Shown: positions 1 to 13,228, counted from the first letter of the whole stretch. The stretch is 63,514 bases of DNA, filler included, from Reticulomyxa filosa (GCA_000512085.1; 18 parts of 18 records of this genome joined end to end with filler, not necessarily neighbours in it), one strand, 5' to 3'. Numbers and translations are program-made. The notes: generated by a model not told the origin, from the letters alone.

Positions 1-676
1 TTTTTTTCGATTCATAAAACGTAATTCTATATCCTTTAAATCTTTTTCTTGCCACTTAATTTATAAGACTTGTGCCATCTTAAGTGTAAATGTTTTTTAT
101 AAATACTACTTATTAGATTGATCATAATGTTGCTAATACAACGTTTACTTTTTTGAATCAATTAGATATTAAAGATCACTAAATTATGGAAAAACAAAAA
201 AAAAACGTAACAATATTTTACTTTAATCATCATAAAAGCATTACAGCAAACAACGTTTCGCAACAAAGAAATCAGTCATAAATTTTTAAAATTTAAACAA
301 TTTTAAAAATTGTATGTATGTAAAAATAAATAAATAACACGATAGTGTTAAAATAAAAACTGGATGAAATGTTTGTTTTCATAGAGGAAATCAATTATAT
401 CCATGAAGTAGCATAATATGGTGATAAATTATCAATTCTATTCGTGCAAAACTACATTGCAATGAAGTACAAGAGCGAATACTTACGCACTCCTTTAGAA
501 ACCACAGCACCAGAGCACGGTTAATACTACTACAAGTAACAACTGAATCATGCACGAAAACTGGTTTGTTTTTTGCAGACGGACCTGGTTAAAATTTTTC
601 TTCTTTCCCCCTAATTAAAATTGTTTGATTTGTTTGTTGATCATTTTGTTGTTTTCTTACTAAAAAGCGAAACCAT

Positions 677-1522
677 ATGGCTGACAAGAGTAACGAATAC
701 AAGATTGTCGTGTTGGGTGGCGGTGGTGTAGGCAAGAGTGCTCTCACCATTCGTTTGGTAACGGACAACTTTTTGGACGAATACGACCCAACAATTGAGG
801 ACAGCTATCGCAAACAAGTGTCAATTGATGACAAGCCAGCGTTGTTGGATATATTGGACACTGCTGGACAAGAGGAGTTTTCATCGATGCAAGACCAATG
901 GATGAGAGAAGGAAAAGGATTTTTGTTGGTTTACAACATTACCTCAAAACCAACCTTTGAGGAAATTGAAGTATTGCGTGAAAAGATTGTCCGAGCCAAA
1001 GACACGGACAAAGTTCCAATGTTGAGTACCAAAAAGAATTCTTGTTTATGTGTTTGAGAAGAAAATTGATACAATAGAAACCTGTTTTTGTTATATGATA
1101 TGTGTATTTGGATGTTGCTTTTTTTTACGTATACATGCAACAGTGTAATTGCAGGTAATAAATGTGACTTAGCTCAAAACCGACAAGTACCAATTAAGGA
1201 TGCCCAAGCATTAGGTAAACATTTGTTGTATTTTGTTTTGTACATGGTTTTTTTATGCGTGTGTATACGTGACCTAGACTTTGATGTTCAAAAAAAAAAT
1301 TTGACAATGAAGTAACGCAAAATAAAAATTTTGGGGGGAATTTTGGAAATAGTTCAAAAATGGGGTGACTCCTGCGCGTTCTTTGAAACAAGTGCAAAGG
1401 ACAAAATTAACAACGAAGAGGTGTTCTTTGAAGTTGTTCGCAAAATTAGATATCTTGAAAATGATGGACCGAAACCAGGACCAAAGGTTGCGACAAAAGC
1501 ATTCAGCTGTGAAGTTTTATGA
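677..1522 (+). CDS. ras: Ras-subfamily small GTPase, 3 exons (677-1020, 1144-1214, 1353-1522)
   Basis: GGGGVGKS P-loop, YDPTIEDSY effector loop, DTAGQEEF, and after splicing GNKCDL and ETSAK. C-terminal CaaX box CEVL. GT-AG introns restore the frame (KVPI|VIAGNKCDL; AL V|QKWG). Confidence 0.97.
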
Positions 1523-2385
1523 AAAACACAAAGTAATAAGTGAATTTGTTTTTTTTTCCTTTGTTTTTTTCCTTTTTATACCAAAAGAAACACTTGTGTG
1601 TTTAAATTGTTTATCTTACGGAAATGCGAGACGATGTGTAAGAGTGTCATAAAAAGAGCAGTCCTTTGTTAAATTTTGCTTGAGATAAACTCAAAACTTA
1701 TAAATCCTTAACAACTTTCTTGATAGTGGAAAAATCAAGAAAATCTTTTAACGGATGGGCGATATTTTTTGTTAGTGAGTAATAAGAATTGCTTTTGAAT
1801 ACTGTGCACCACAAACATGAATTTTGTTAAAAAAATGAATAATTCATGTTAAAAAAGACGTTGAATATTTTTTGTCATATTTTGAGAAATTTGAATTGAT
1901 ATCAATATTTTACATTTTTCGTAAAGAAATTGATGTGCGGACCGCACAGCAACTTGACGTGGAGGCACAAAACAAAGAAAAAATGCGTGCAATGTTTATT
2001 ATGCTGTTAAACAGATAAAAAACTAGCATATGAGAGAACAATAAGTCGTGAAGAATACGTAAGACAACCAAACACATTTATAAACAAAAAAATCTGCAGG
2101 ATCAACTATGATCTCTTGTCCCAACAGAAAAAGTTTTCTAATTTGTGTGGGAGTTGACAAGAGCAGAATAGAACTTTTATTCGATTTATGTTATTAACAG
2201 TTTTTGTTGGCGATGTCTACTAATAAAACAAAAAAAACACTATTCTTATCTAATAACATTTAAAAAAGAAGCCGGTTGATAAAACAGTATTTTTTTTATA
2301 AACATCACTTTTGAGGAGAAAAAAAAAGTGTAGTTTGGACTGTTCAATCTTGGCTTTTGGAATCTTGTGCAATTCTTGATGTCTC

Positions 2386-3027
2386 TCATTCTGAGTGATT
2401 TATAAAGAAAGCCAGAATTAACAAAAAAACGCATATATGTATATACATACGTATATAAATAAGAACGAAACTATTAGAACAATCCCGGTAAGACTTGTAG
2501 AAAAGGAAAATAGCACCTAGAAATAAAATAACGGCTAAGCCTATTCCGGCATAGAAAGACGCGATTTTGAGAGAATCAATGAGTTCAAGTTTGCTGGAAA
2601 AAGAGCGGATAACATCGGAAGGGGCATAGCCAAAAACGGTTTGATAAGCCATGGGTACGATCATATTGCTCAAATTGGAGAAACTGTTGGGCCCAACTGG
2701 AACGCGTCCACACATCATGGTCGTGGACAAATTGAACAATAAAAAGTTGGTTTGAAAGGAAAGCACGCTATTCAAGACAATACCAGTGCGCGGTTCCACA
2801 TCAAAGAAAGTGGAGTCTACAGCAGCATTGGGAGGAGAGATATTCATGGGAATTCCGATAGTTTCCACATAGTGTTGTCCTTGATAAAAATGTGGAAGCG
2901 ATAAATACGAAAAAATCGTGCCATTTTTTTTGGGAGTGATATTGAACAAGCCGTCGTACTGATCAAACGCATAAAATCTTGCATTGTACGGAAAATTCGT
3001 GGCATTTTGCAATGTATTATTTGACAC
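2386..3027 (-). CDS. CD36/LIMP-II (scavenger receptor class B) family protein, C-terminal part, 5'-truncated by contig end
   Basis: YLSLPHFY and FFDVEPRTGIVL motifs typical of the CD36 family, followed by a C-terminal TM helix (FYAGIGLAVILFLGAIFLFY). Confidence 0.85.
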   Translation of the reverse strand: MSNNTLQNATNFPYNARFYAFDQYDGLFNITPKKNGTIFSYLSLPHFYQGQHYVETIGIPMNISPPNAAVDSTFFDVEPRTGIVLNSVLSFQTNFLLFNLSTTMMCGRVPVGPNSFSNLSNMIVPMAYQTVFGYAPSDVIRSFSSKLELIDSLKIASFYAGIGLAVILFLGAIFLFYKSYRDCSNSFVLIYIRMYIHICVFLLILAFFINHSE

Positions 3028-3069
3028 TTTTTTATTTTTATTTTTATTTTAAAAAAAGATTTTTAAATG

Positions 3070-3169
3070 NNNNNNNNNNNNNNNNNNNNNNNNNNNNNNN
3101 NNNNNNNNNNNNNTTAATTAATTAANNNNNNNNNNNNNNNNNNNNNNNNNNNNNNNNNNNNNNNNNNNN
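3070..3169. other. Artificial contig linker N44-TTAATTAATTAA-N44. Also at 5283, 6383, 17594, 20528, 22762, 23966, 32827, 34316, 35855, 39171, 41439, 43475, 55583, 59035, 60728 and 62357 (100 nt each)
   Basis: Identical 100-nt blocks with a palindromic core that has stops in all six frames. Flanks are usually homopolymers or microsatellites, as expected at assembly breaks. Confidence 0.99.
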
Positions 3170-3455
3170 GGGGGGGGGAAAGAAGGATTGGGGCTCGCTT
3201 AACATCGTAGATTTGGGATATCGTTGGTGGTGCTTGCAAAGCTATCTGCGCTTCCAGCGCTGTAACTTGGACGGCTCCTTGGCCTGCCGCTTGGCTTTCG
3301 TTTGTCGCTGTAACATCGTCGTCTGACGGAGGTGGAAGTTGCGCTCCTTCATTTCAATCCACAATACAGCTTTTTTTTTTCTTATCATTCAAGATACAAA
3401 GAAAAATATATATCGATTTTTTTCTCTTTTTCTTACCTCCATTGTCACCGTCCAT
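3170..3455 (-). CDS. Hypothetical protein, 5' part (MDGDNG...NEGAQLPPPSDDDVTAT...)
   Basis: GC-richer open frame on the minus strand, a short first exon ending at a GTAAG donor, then runs into the gap. Confidence 0.35.
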
Positions 3456-4525
3456 TTTCAAAAAACAATTTTCTTCTGGGGGAAAACTTCAAAGTTCAAG
3501 AAGAAAGTTTCGTGTACTAAAAAGACAAAGGCGTACAAAGTATACCCATTTGGAAACCATAAAAGTTGCATAAGCTCTGGGACACATTATACACTACAAT
3601 TAGCTGAAAAGTCATAATTAAAAGGCGTAAAAAAAAAACTAAATGCTGTTGTAATTTGTATTGTTTTCTTTAAACATTGAATCACTATTTTCAAACAAAA
3701 TAAAACAAATTAAGCTACCTCTTTACTGCAGAACCGATGTTCTACGTAAAAAGGACCGTTTTCTAAGTTGCTAATCGTAACAAATAGATACACATGTTGC
3801 TAAGTATCAAGACTCTGCCAAGAGGTGTTGTACGAGTTCCATGTTTGTCTCTTTAAATCTTTTTTGAGCGTTAATACTAAACAATAACGTCTTTGTTTTA
3901 GTCAAACAAAAAGCGCATGTGGCAAATACGTACAATCCTATTGACTTTGTGGGATACCAGATTAAAGAAAGCATTTTTAATTAACAAAATAATTGTACAC
4001 GCTTTGATTAATTTAAATATGTATTAATTTTTTAAAAAACTCTACTAATTGTTATATTCAAATGGCAATTGCTTAATCCGAAAATAAATCTTCTTAACTG
4101 CAAGCTATGGGTCAAAAGATGATAAAATTACTTCAAAGTATACCCTCTAAACAATTAGACTTTTTCTTTTTTTGTTTTTTTTGCTAAGCTATAAGGAAAC
4201 AATTCGATTTTGAGCATGACATTATTATATGTACGAATGTGTCACAAAGTAAATGTTTCTGCACTCTTTGTGTTAGATCAAAAGTATGCATTTGAAATAA
4301 ACACTATAGAGAAGAGGAAACACATTGAAAAGTGGACAAAATTCTACTTTATACCTCTTGTCGCCGAAGTGTGAAAAAAAAAGAACATTGAACTGTATTT
4401 TTGTTTAACGTCTCCAGAAAGAAGGGAAAAAAAACTGGATTCGCAAACTTTTTTTTAGTTTGTTTTTGTCTTGTTTAACCCAGTGCGGTTAGGTGTATTT
4501 CTTCGTATCAAAGCAGAACAAAATA

Positions 4526-5250
4526 AAAAAAAGAGCAAATGTGGACCACAAAGATGAGGTAAATTTTTATCAAACACGAAGATGTGTGAGTGTAGTGTCT
4601 TTAAGAGATTTTTTCTTATGGTTGTACCATTCTTTAAAAAAAAAAACATCGCAAACGATTGTGGTAACCAAAGTGCTTGCTTATTTTTTTTTTCCCTTTT
4701 GAAAAAAAAATAAAAAAAAAGTGACACAAAAAAAAAACGAAAACAAACACAAATAAACAGACAAACAACAATAAAAATAAAAATAAAAAAAAAAACAAGT
4801 GGAAATGGAGCATCATTGATGATGCCAGTAGATATGATAGGAGATAGAGTAGCAATAGTAATATATGACGGAAATACCAGGTCGGTCACTAGAGGCAAAA
4901 GTGGCTCAGAGAGGGAAGCAAATTCAGGCTGGGTTCAGGTGCCGATTTTGCACAACGACGACACGATCGTAGTTCCAGTCCAAAGGACTGTGGATCGGTG
5001 TTCGTTGGACAAAATGTATATCGTCATCGAAGACTCATCGTTCCCATCTGCCGTTTCTTCATTCAGTGTCCCTACCACTGCTGTTGGCATTGGAGATGGG
5101 GCCCCGGTTAATCCATTGCTTTCATTTTCTAGTCCAGTGCCAACGCACCTTCCTGGGATCCTTTCCAAAAGTTTTTGCTCTGTCGACGTCGGCTGTAATC
5201 AATCCGTCAGTTATCCGAGTTGGCCGGGATCAATTGTAACAAATCATTAT
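4526..5250 (+). CDS. Hypothetical protein, partial
   Basis: Coding-like composition at 4800-5245 after an A-rich intron-like stretch. No recognisable motif. Confidence 0.3.
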
Positions 5251-5382
5251 AATAACAATAACAAAAATAATAATAATAATAANNNNNNNNNNNNNNNNNN
5301 NNNNNNNNNNNNNNNNNNNNNNNNNNTTAATTAATTAANNNNNNNNNNNNNNNNNNNNNNNNNNNNNNNNNNNNNNNNNNNN

Positions 5383-5945
5383 TTTTTTTTAACTTTTGAA
5401 TGTTTTAAAACTCAAATCAACAAATGTATAAATGCATATATTTACAAAGAAATTTTATGTGATAAAATAATCAAAAGCATTAATTGATGTTTAGAATATA
5501 ATGACGATTGGATATTTCAGCAAGATAATGTCACTAGCCACAAAGCAATTACAGTAAAAGAATGTTTTGAAAAAATAATATCAAAGTATTATATTTCACT
5601 CCAAATTCTCCAGACATGAATACAATAGAAAATTTGTGGTTGATAGTGAAAACAAAATATACAAAAATTGATCATTAATATCAAAAGAAGAACTTTGGAA
5701 ACAAGTTGAATTAGAATGTGAAAAAATTGATAAATAAACATACACAAACTTAATAAAATCAATACTAAAGCGAATACGAGCATTATACAATGCAAAAGGT
5801 GAGTTAACCAAATGGTAGTTTTCACTAAAAAAAATCTTACTACAAAAAAACTTTAGTTTTTATGCTTTTGAATTAACTTGGTGAGTGAAAAGTGTTAGGA
5901 AAAGTTTAACCTACCGGGAGCTCATCGGCCCCTTTAACGATTCTG
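5383..5945 (+). mobile_element. Degenerate Tc1/mariner (DD34E) transposon: transposase C-terminus plus probable right end
   Basis: Translated across one stop and small indels it reads INAYIYKEIL...WIFQQDNVTSH...FTPNSPDMNTIENLW...IRALYNAKGELTKW*. There are 34 residues between the D and E once one A is restored. The element ends ...CTG|TA at 5945. Confidence 0.85.
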
Positions 5946-5974
5946 TATATATAGTAGGAGCTTCTCCTACAATA

Positions 5975-6100
5975 TTTTAAAACTACTCTATTTGTAGATA
6001 TTTTTTTAAAAAATTAGATCTGAATGTTGTTTTTTCATGAAGAAAATCAATACTATATGGTGCAGTTTTATATGTCAGCTTTACTTTGCATTCTACTATA
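5975..6100. repeat. Diverged single-arm copy of the MITE terminal repeat seen at 30862-31201
   Basis: CTATTTGTAGATATTTTTT...GTTGTTTTTTCATGAAGAAAATCAAT...TGTCAGCTTTACTTTGCATTCTACT closely matches 31085-31200. Confidence 0.8.
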
Positions 6101-6562
6101 CTAATAATGATCGATAGATTCACCATGTATGTAAATGCAGCATCATTAAAAACTAACTCAGCAAATGAAGTCTCATTAGAGTTTGTGAATAAATAAATAT
6201 GCAAATTTAGAGTACTGAAACAATACTATATAATAATGGCCAACAGTTCAGATGAATGATTGTAAGCATGTTGCTGAATTTTACCTTTTCTTTTGTCCAC
6301 TTTTCCTTTTGTGAGTATGTAAATGTTATAATATATCTATTGAACATCTGTCGGAAACGATTGGCAGATTCCAACGCAAGTTNNNNNNNNNNNNNNNNNN
6401 NNNNNNNNNNNNNNNNNNNNNNNNNNTTAATTAATTAANNNNNNNNNNNNNNNNNNNNNNNNNNNNNNNNNNNNNNNNNNNNGAGAGAGAGGATTCACAT
6501 AATAACTGATTGACCATAATGTATGTGTGATCGCAACAAAAATATCACTGTAAAAAAAAAGG

Positions 6563-7310
6563 CTACATGTGGATATTGGGTGACGCTTTCATGCGAGAAT
6601 GGTACACTGTATTTGACGTTGGCAACTCCAGACTGGGCTTTGGAAGAGCAGTGTCGTCCTCGTCCTCAGGCACAACAAGCCCTCCTGTAACCACCACAAC
6701 CAAATCAGGTGGCACTACAACGACGAAATCCGGAGCAACCACAACCACGACCAAATCGTCGGGAACCACTACAACCCAGTCCTCAAGTAGTTGCTCGACT
6801 TGTACCGATCAATGGCGAGTTGGCTACACACTGACCTCCACGAGCTATTACACCACTGTGGCCAATTTGGTATGGAATAACACCCTTTATGTCGTTAAGT
6901 CGCACACCACTCGAGGATACAGCATCAGTGGCAGTTATAGCACTTCGTACTTGGACGCCGCTGTCACCGTCTACAGCAACAGCGATGCCGTTACGCTGAA
7001 GAATTACGTGACAAGCGGCAGTTACATCACCTCCCTTAGTCGTCTCATTAATTCATACATTGTCGCGGGAAGCTTGTCTGTTACCGTTCAACCGATCAGT
7101 GCCGCCATTAACAGTGGACAGACTTACACGTCCGACTCCAGCAGTTCGAGCAGTGGCAGTAGCGAATCAGACAAATGGGTGTGGCCAGTTGGTATTTTAA
7201 TTGGAATGTTGATCGGTTTTGCTATTGCATTTTGTGTGGCTCATTGGCGGAAGAAAAAAGAGGAAAAACAACCAAACTATGTAAAAATGGTCGACTTTGT
7301 TCAAACATAA
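6563..7310 (+). CDS. Pepsin-like (A1) aspartic protease, last exon: C-terminal lobe end, Ser/Thr stalk, extra domain, TM helix and cytosolic tail
   Basis: WILGDAFMREWYTVFDVGNSRLGFGRA is the canonical A1 C-terminal motif. Followed by TTTTKS repeats, TM WVWPVGILIGMLIGFAIAFCVA, and a basic tail containing YVKM. Confidence 0.85.
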
Positions 7311-8225
7311 ACAATAAAAACTCGAACAATGATATTAAGTTTGTTGTTTTTGTGAGATTTTTTTTCTCTTGGTTTTTTGTTGGACGCTTTGTAACAGTTG
7401 TTATTGAAATTTGTCAAGTCTTTGACTATTATTCAAAAGCCTTTTTTCCTCTTCGTCTTGATATATTTTGAGTACTATCGATATCAATAAATACAGTAAA
7501 TATACATTCGTCCCTTTAGTTTGGCAATGCTCTTAAGAAATACTAAAAATATATAACCGAAAAATCAACTAGATACACATTAAAGTAGCTTTATTTCAAA
7601 AACGTTTATACGTATAATAAACTTTTTCCGATCCTTTTGAATAAACAGAGAAAAATTTTTCACCATGAAAAACATGACAATATAAATATGTTGAATGCTG
7701 GTATAAGTGATAATAATTCATTCAAAAAGCAATTACAAAACAATGTCAAAAAGATTATTCGTAAATGACAAAACAAAAAAGTTATGTTGCCAGTTGACAA
7801 ACGTTACTTTGTCATTTTCAGCCAATTTGGTATACGTGACTTTGTTGTGTTTCAGAAAGTAAAAAAAAAGTCCAAGTCTTTGGAAATACTGAAATAACTA
7901 GAATGATGACAGAAAAAAAAATTAAAAAAATGGAACTAAGCCCTTTTTAAGACTTTTGATCGGCTCGATCTCATCAAATCTTTCATATGTTTATTTGTGT
8001 TTATTATTTTTTTATTTTATGTTTGTAAATCAAAATCTATGAATGTGCAATCAAGGCATTATCTGACAGTAAAAGTGATATCGTTACAAAACTAGAATTT
8101 AAAGAAGAAAGACAATGGGGATAAGACAATCAACACAGTTTTTTGTTGTTGGTACAGTTGAGCCCTTTTTTACAAGATAGGTAACAAACAAAACTTTTAA
8201 AGTGTATTTTTAATTTTAAATAATC

Positions 8226-10952
8226 ATGTTACAATCGTCATCTCCTTCAAACGCAGTTCCTTCAAATGTGGTTCCTTCGAACGTGATTCCTTCAAACGTG
8301 ATCCCTTCAAGTACGATCTCGTCAGCCCCCGTCAAAAAGCTAAAGGCAACAGCTTCCAATGGCAAAGCAAAAGGAAAGACACCCCCTGTGAAACAAAAGC
8401 AGTGTGACGAATTAGACTGGAAAACGCCCGAGCACCCAATCCAAGAGAAACAGGATTTCGATATGACAAAATGGTTAGTAGAAAACGACTTAGTGATCCC
8501 ATTTGACGACGAGTTCAATTATAAGGAGTTGCCAAACATTTTCAGTCAAAGAAAAATTCAAAAAAAGCATTTGGTGAATCTGAAGACGGACGAAGACATA
8601 AGGTACTTTTATCTTTAAAAAAAAAAAAAGAGAAAAGAAAAAAAAAAAAAGAATTGGGTGTGTGTGTATGAAATGTGAAATAAAAAGGTCATTCGTAACG
8701 ACGAGCCTTAAAATAAGCAATGGGATGTTTATTGGGACGTTTATGGAAGCAGTAAATGCATTAAAGCAGGAAGAAGCACTGATCGGGAGTATGTCCCCAA
8801 CATCGCATATATCATTGAGACGAAGTAATGGAAATGTGAAAAGCGGCGAAGGGGCGAAAATGGACGAAAGCCGCAATAGCGAACCCGGTCATATTTTGAC
8901 ACAATACAAAGTGATCACATGTGAAGAATATGAAATGATAGAAAAGCTCGCTTCGAAAATGGAGCAAATGAAACTGTTGCTGCATTCTTTGAGAGAGAAT
9001 CTCATCCACGTGGAAGAATGCAAAAAAAAATGTGCAGCTGAAATTAACCAGTTCACTGAGGAGTTAAAGCATCGCATTGATGAGAAGCGAGAAACACTGT
9101 TGATGCAATTGAATCAATTGCAAACACAAAAAACTGATGAAGTCAAGCAACAATTTGAACGCGCGCAATCTGCTTTTAATCAAATGAAACAGGTTTGAGA
9201 AATGAAAAAAAAAAAAAAAAAGGGGGGGGGAAGGGGGCACGTTAATATAACCTTACATATATAAAAATTTATAATTATATAAATATTGCATGTAAATTTT
9301 GTATATGCATGTGCATATGTGATTGCCTATATGGAGTAAAGACTCAAACAGAAGTCGATGAATGGCTGAATGACGGCGGAATTCCGGTGCGAGAAAGACA
9401 GGAACGGGTGCAATCAAAAATTGAAGAAACATTGAATTATGGTGCTGACGGGGCGTCGTCGGCAATCCCATTGACCAATCCATTGATGGTTGTCTGCTTC
9501 AATCCGGCCGTTTTCAAAGTTTTGATGCATCTATTTGTCTTGCGCAAAGTGTGCACGTTACATTTTACAATTTAATATTGTTGCATTGTTTCAATGCAAT
9601 TAGAACGTGGACGAAATCGGAGAGATCAAGATTATTAATGGACTGTCGAAACCACCAGAATTGAAAGTCACAGAAATTGGGCCTTTTTCTGTCAAAGTTG
9701 CTTTACTTAGTTTTTTTTTTTTTTTTTTTTTTAAAACAAAACACAAAGTTCAAATTTTTGTTTGTTTCGTTTTGATGATGGGGTGTGTATGTATATGGTG
9801 TGTCCAAGTTTGAATGGAAATGTGAAGAAAATACGTTTCCTGAACTGACTGAGTTTGCGATTGAATATCAAAAATCAGATCCAATTACAGTGTCACGAAA
9901 TACAACGCCATTCGGCAAAAATCAGTACGATTGGAATGTGTGCGCTATGATGCAGAAGCAATACAAATGCAAGCTGTTGGATCTCACTCCAAACTCACAT
10001 TACAGTGTTCGCGTGAAAGCGCGCAGCGCCGAACTCTATCAAAAATATCCGTTTCTCAACCTGTGGACAGATTACGCCGTCACCACTTTTCAAACCAGTT
10101 TGACTTGGGTCTTTGTTGTTGTTGCTTTTGTGTTTAATTTTTGTTGATCTTGCATGATCTTCATCGCAAAATTATTGTTTGTTTCTCCAAACAAAAAATA
10201 AAAAAAAATAAAAATGAACAAGCCGATGAAAATAACTTGGAAAACCCATTGAAACAAGAGGCAGATGATTGCATTCCATCCAACATGTTGAAAAGCCCCG
10301 AAAAAGCGGCACTGCTACGTTTGGTAAGGGAAAAGTACAGTCACGGTGTCACCTTTTCACTTTTGTTTGATGCAAAGAAACATGGATTCAATGCAAGAAA
10401 TTTCCATGACAAGTGTGACAACAAAGGCCCAACCCTTATTATCATTGAAAATGAACTTGGGCATATCTTTGGTGCTTTCACCACAGTTTTTTTCTTTTTG
10501 TTTACACTTATATTTATATTTATTTTTTTTATTCACTTTAAAAAAAAAAAAAAAAAAATTTATTTGTAATTCAGGTTTCTTGGGGTTCTCCAAAGTCAAA
10601 GACGGTTTGCAAAAATGATTCCAATGCTTGGTTGTATGTTCTAAAATTGCCACCACAATTCAAATCTGGCTCAACTCGTGCCAGTCAAATTCGAGCGCCC
10701 ATGGCTTGGGATATTCATCCACAATGCACAAATTATGCCATTGCACATAATAGCTGTCACGGACCAATGTTTGGTTTCAACGGCAATGACCTCTCCATTT
10801 GCGATCAAACTGGAAAAACGAGCTTTCCTCATTCTTACTTTGAAAGAGAACGCATGGATCTCTTTTCTTTGTTTTCAGGAAATGAGCAAGATAAATCTTT
10901 CAAAATCAAACAATATCAAGTGTTTCAAGTTACCGGTGTGGAACAATTTTAG
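8226..10952 (+). CDS. Multi-exon protein with coiled coil, FN3-like domain and C-terminal TLDc domain
   Basis: Heptad-rich coiled coil 8900-9190. FN3-like W...F.IEY...LTPNSHYSVRVKA. TLDc motifs LLFDAKKHGFNARNFHDKCDNKGPTLIII...IFGAFT and GPMFG. Confidence 0.8.
8243..8312 (+). repeat. Coding 15-bp tandem repeat (PSNxx x4-5)
   Basis: CCTTCAAACGCAGTT / CCTTCAAATGTGGTT / CCTTCGAACGTGATT / CCTTCAAACGTGATC. Confidence 0.8.
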
Positions 10953-11326
10953 CTTTTATCCCTCTTTTTTTTTTTGTGCAAACTTTCATTCCTATCGGTA
11001 ACTGAGCAAATAAAGCATGTCGGAGCCAGACAAAATTAATGTTGTGGATCTTGTGTTGTTTTGTGATGCTGATTTTTTTATTTTATTTTGGGGTGCTCTA
11101 TCATTTTTTATTTTCTTTTTTTTTCTCAAAAGTAGTAAATTTTTCTTTTCAATTACCTATTTTTTTCTTAAAAGTGGTCAAATGCATCAAGGCTGCGGAA
11201 TTGTCTTTGTAATTTCTTAATCGTTCTGAGAATTCAACATTGACGAGATATTTTGTTTGTCTTAGTCACTACATCGTACTTTTTTTGAACAAGAAAAAGG
11301 GGTTTTCCAATAAATTCGCATTACAA

Positions 11327-13228
11327 ATGTCTGAAGATGATGAGACAAATACAGACATGCGCTTTCAAAGCGACATTGTCAATGGGCAACTGTATATTGA
11401 TTGCCTTGATCTTTCAAAAAGTACAATGGAGCACTTGTTGAACTTTTTGACTGGGAAACCAGAGGAAGTGAATGGGATTGTAGCACAGTGGAATATTCCA
11501 ACTCTACTTTTTCTAACAAATTTGAGTTTAAAAGTGAGGAGCCTTAAAGCATGGCAACTTAAGCTACATTCTTGCGATCGTATTTCCAGCAGCACAGAAA
11601 ATTTTACAGCGACGACAAAATTTCTGTCAACGAACAATCTTTCGTCCTTGGACCTGCACATAGACGGGAATTTGAGCCAATGGGGGGCTATCTTAAACCA
11701 TTTGAGTGAAAACTGTTTTTTGGCACAAAGCTTGCACAAGTTGTGTTTTTCAGTGACATTATTTGACAGTGTATTTTATGGCAAGCAAGAAACAACCAAT
11801 GCAAAAATAAGGCATGAGTGTATGTCTCGGCTTGGCTCAGTGTTTGAAAAATGTAAATTGTTAGAGTCATGTCAGATTCACATTACTGACGATGAAGGCG
11901 TGGGATTGACCATGCCGTCTGACAATGTCCAAACATGGAACAAAAGGAATAAACAACCAGCACTGAGAACGGAGACAACCAAGTGTTTGAAAAATATGTT
12001 CGAAAATGTGAGTGAGGAATTGGACATACCAATCCATTTACTGGAGTTGGTGTCGTTACAAACAATCGTGAATGCTCGCAAATTGACTCTGTCTTGTTTG
12101 CACGCCAAAGAGACAAATGAAGACAGCACACTATCTCAAACGACATTTTTCAAATGTTTGCAAAAGTCTTACAAAACCTTGATTCATGTCATAAATCGCA
12201 GTCGAGATGTGCAAGAGCTTGAGCTGCGCTACTGGCCATGGGCACATATGGATATGTTGTGTCAACTGTTCCTCCGATTTTGGAAAGCCAAGTCGGTCAA
12301 TTGGAAACACATCACACATTTGACTTACTATTTTCCCGACGATGTCTATCATGACACCTCGAAGTTATCCTGTCAATCAAATGTAAGTTTTCCATGTGGT
12401 CCTATGGGTGTGTTGATATATCTCTCAACAAATATGTTACTTATAACATAGAGAGAGAGAGAATAGAATATTTAAAAACATCTACACAATATGTACACAT
12501 ATACACGCTGCCAATTTTGAAAACATATCAGACTCATGTCGTAAAATGGATAAAGCAGTTGTATCGCTATTTTCCTTATTTGAAGTGTTTGCGGTTTGTC
12601 GGGGGTAACTATATCATGCATTTACAATCACATGTCCTGGAATTGCTGTGCAGTCATTGCATCCCAAAATTATTGTTCCTGGAACAAGTGACCATTACAG
12701 GGCTAACTGAAGTCATTTTACGAAGATATAATTGTACTGGTGAATCATTTTTGCAACAGTTGCCTCTTTTCTTTTTTTTGTTATCTTGCTCTTTCTTTTC
12801 CTCTCTTATTTAATTCCTTTTTTCTCGTCTCTTCTTTTAGATGCATCAAAAGTGTTGAGCTGCAGCGCAAAAATATTCTCACGTTTAATCTCTGCGGAAA
12901 GATTATCAATGCCTTTCAAAGTGAACATTCTGCTCTCAGTCTTCCGCTCATTTATCGTATTGTTTTGGAATACTGTTTTGGAGAAGATGTTGGTAAGATC
13001 AATTTAACTCCAGGAATACTTGATTGGGATATATCTTACAAGAAAACTTTTCGATACTCTCTTCGATTTGTCACTTCCACTGAATCATTAACACAATTGT
13101 ACAAGGTTTCAATAGCCGACAATTTCAAAAATGCAAATCTTTTGCAGTCTCAAAAGTGGAGACAATTTCAAGATAAATGTGGAAATTTTGATTTCTCTGT
13201 ATGTAAGCCCAGCTGGCAGGCAATGTAA
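11327..13228 (+). CDS. Hypothetical Leu-rich (RNI/LRR-like) protein, about 3 exons
   Basis: Long ORFs with LxxLxL patterns (LSSLDL, LHKLCF, VQELELR, LKCLRF). Splice-like boundaries near 12383/12530 and 12762/12840. Confidence 0.55.
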
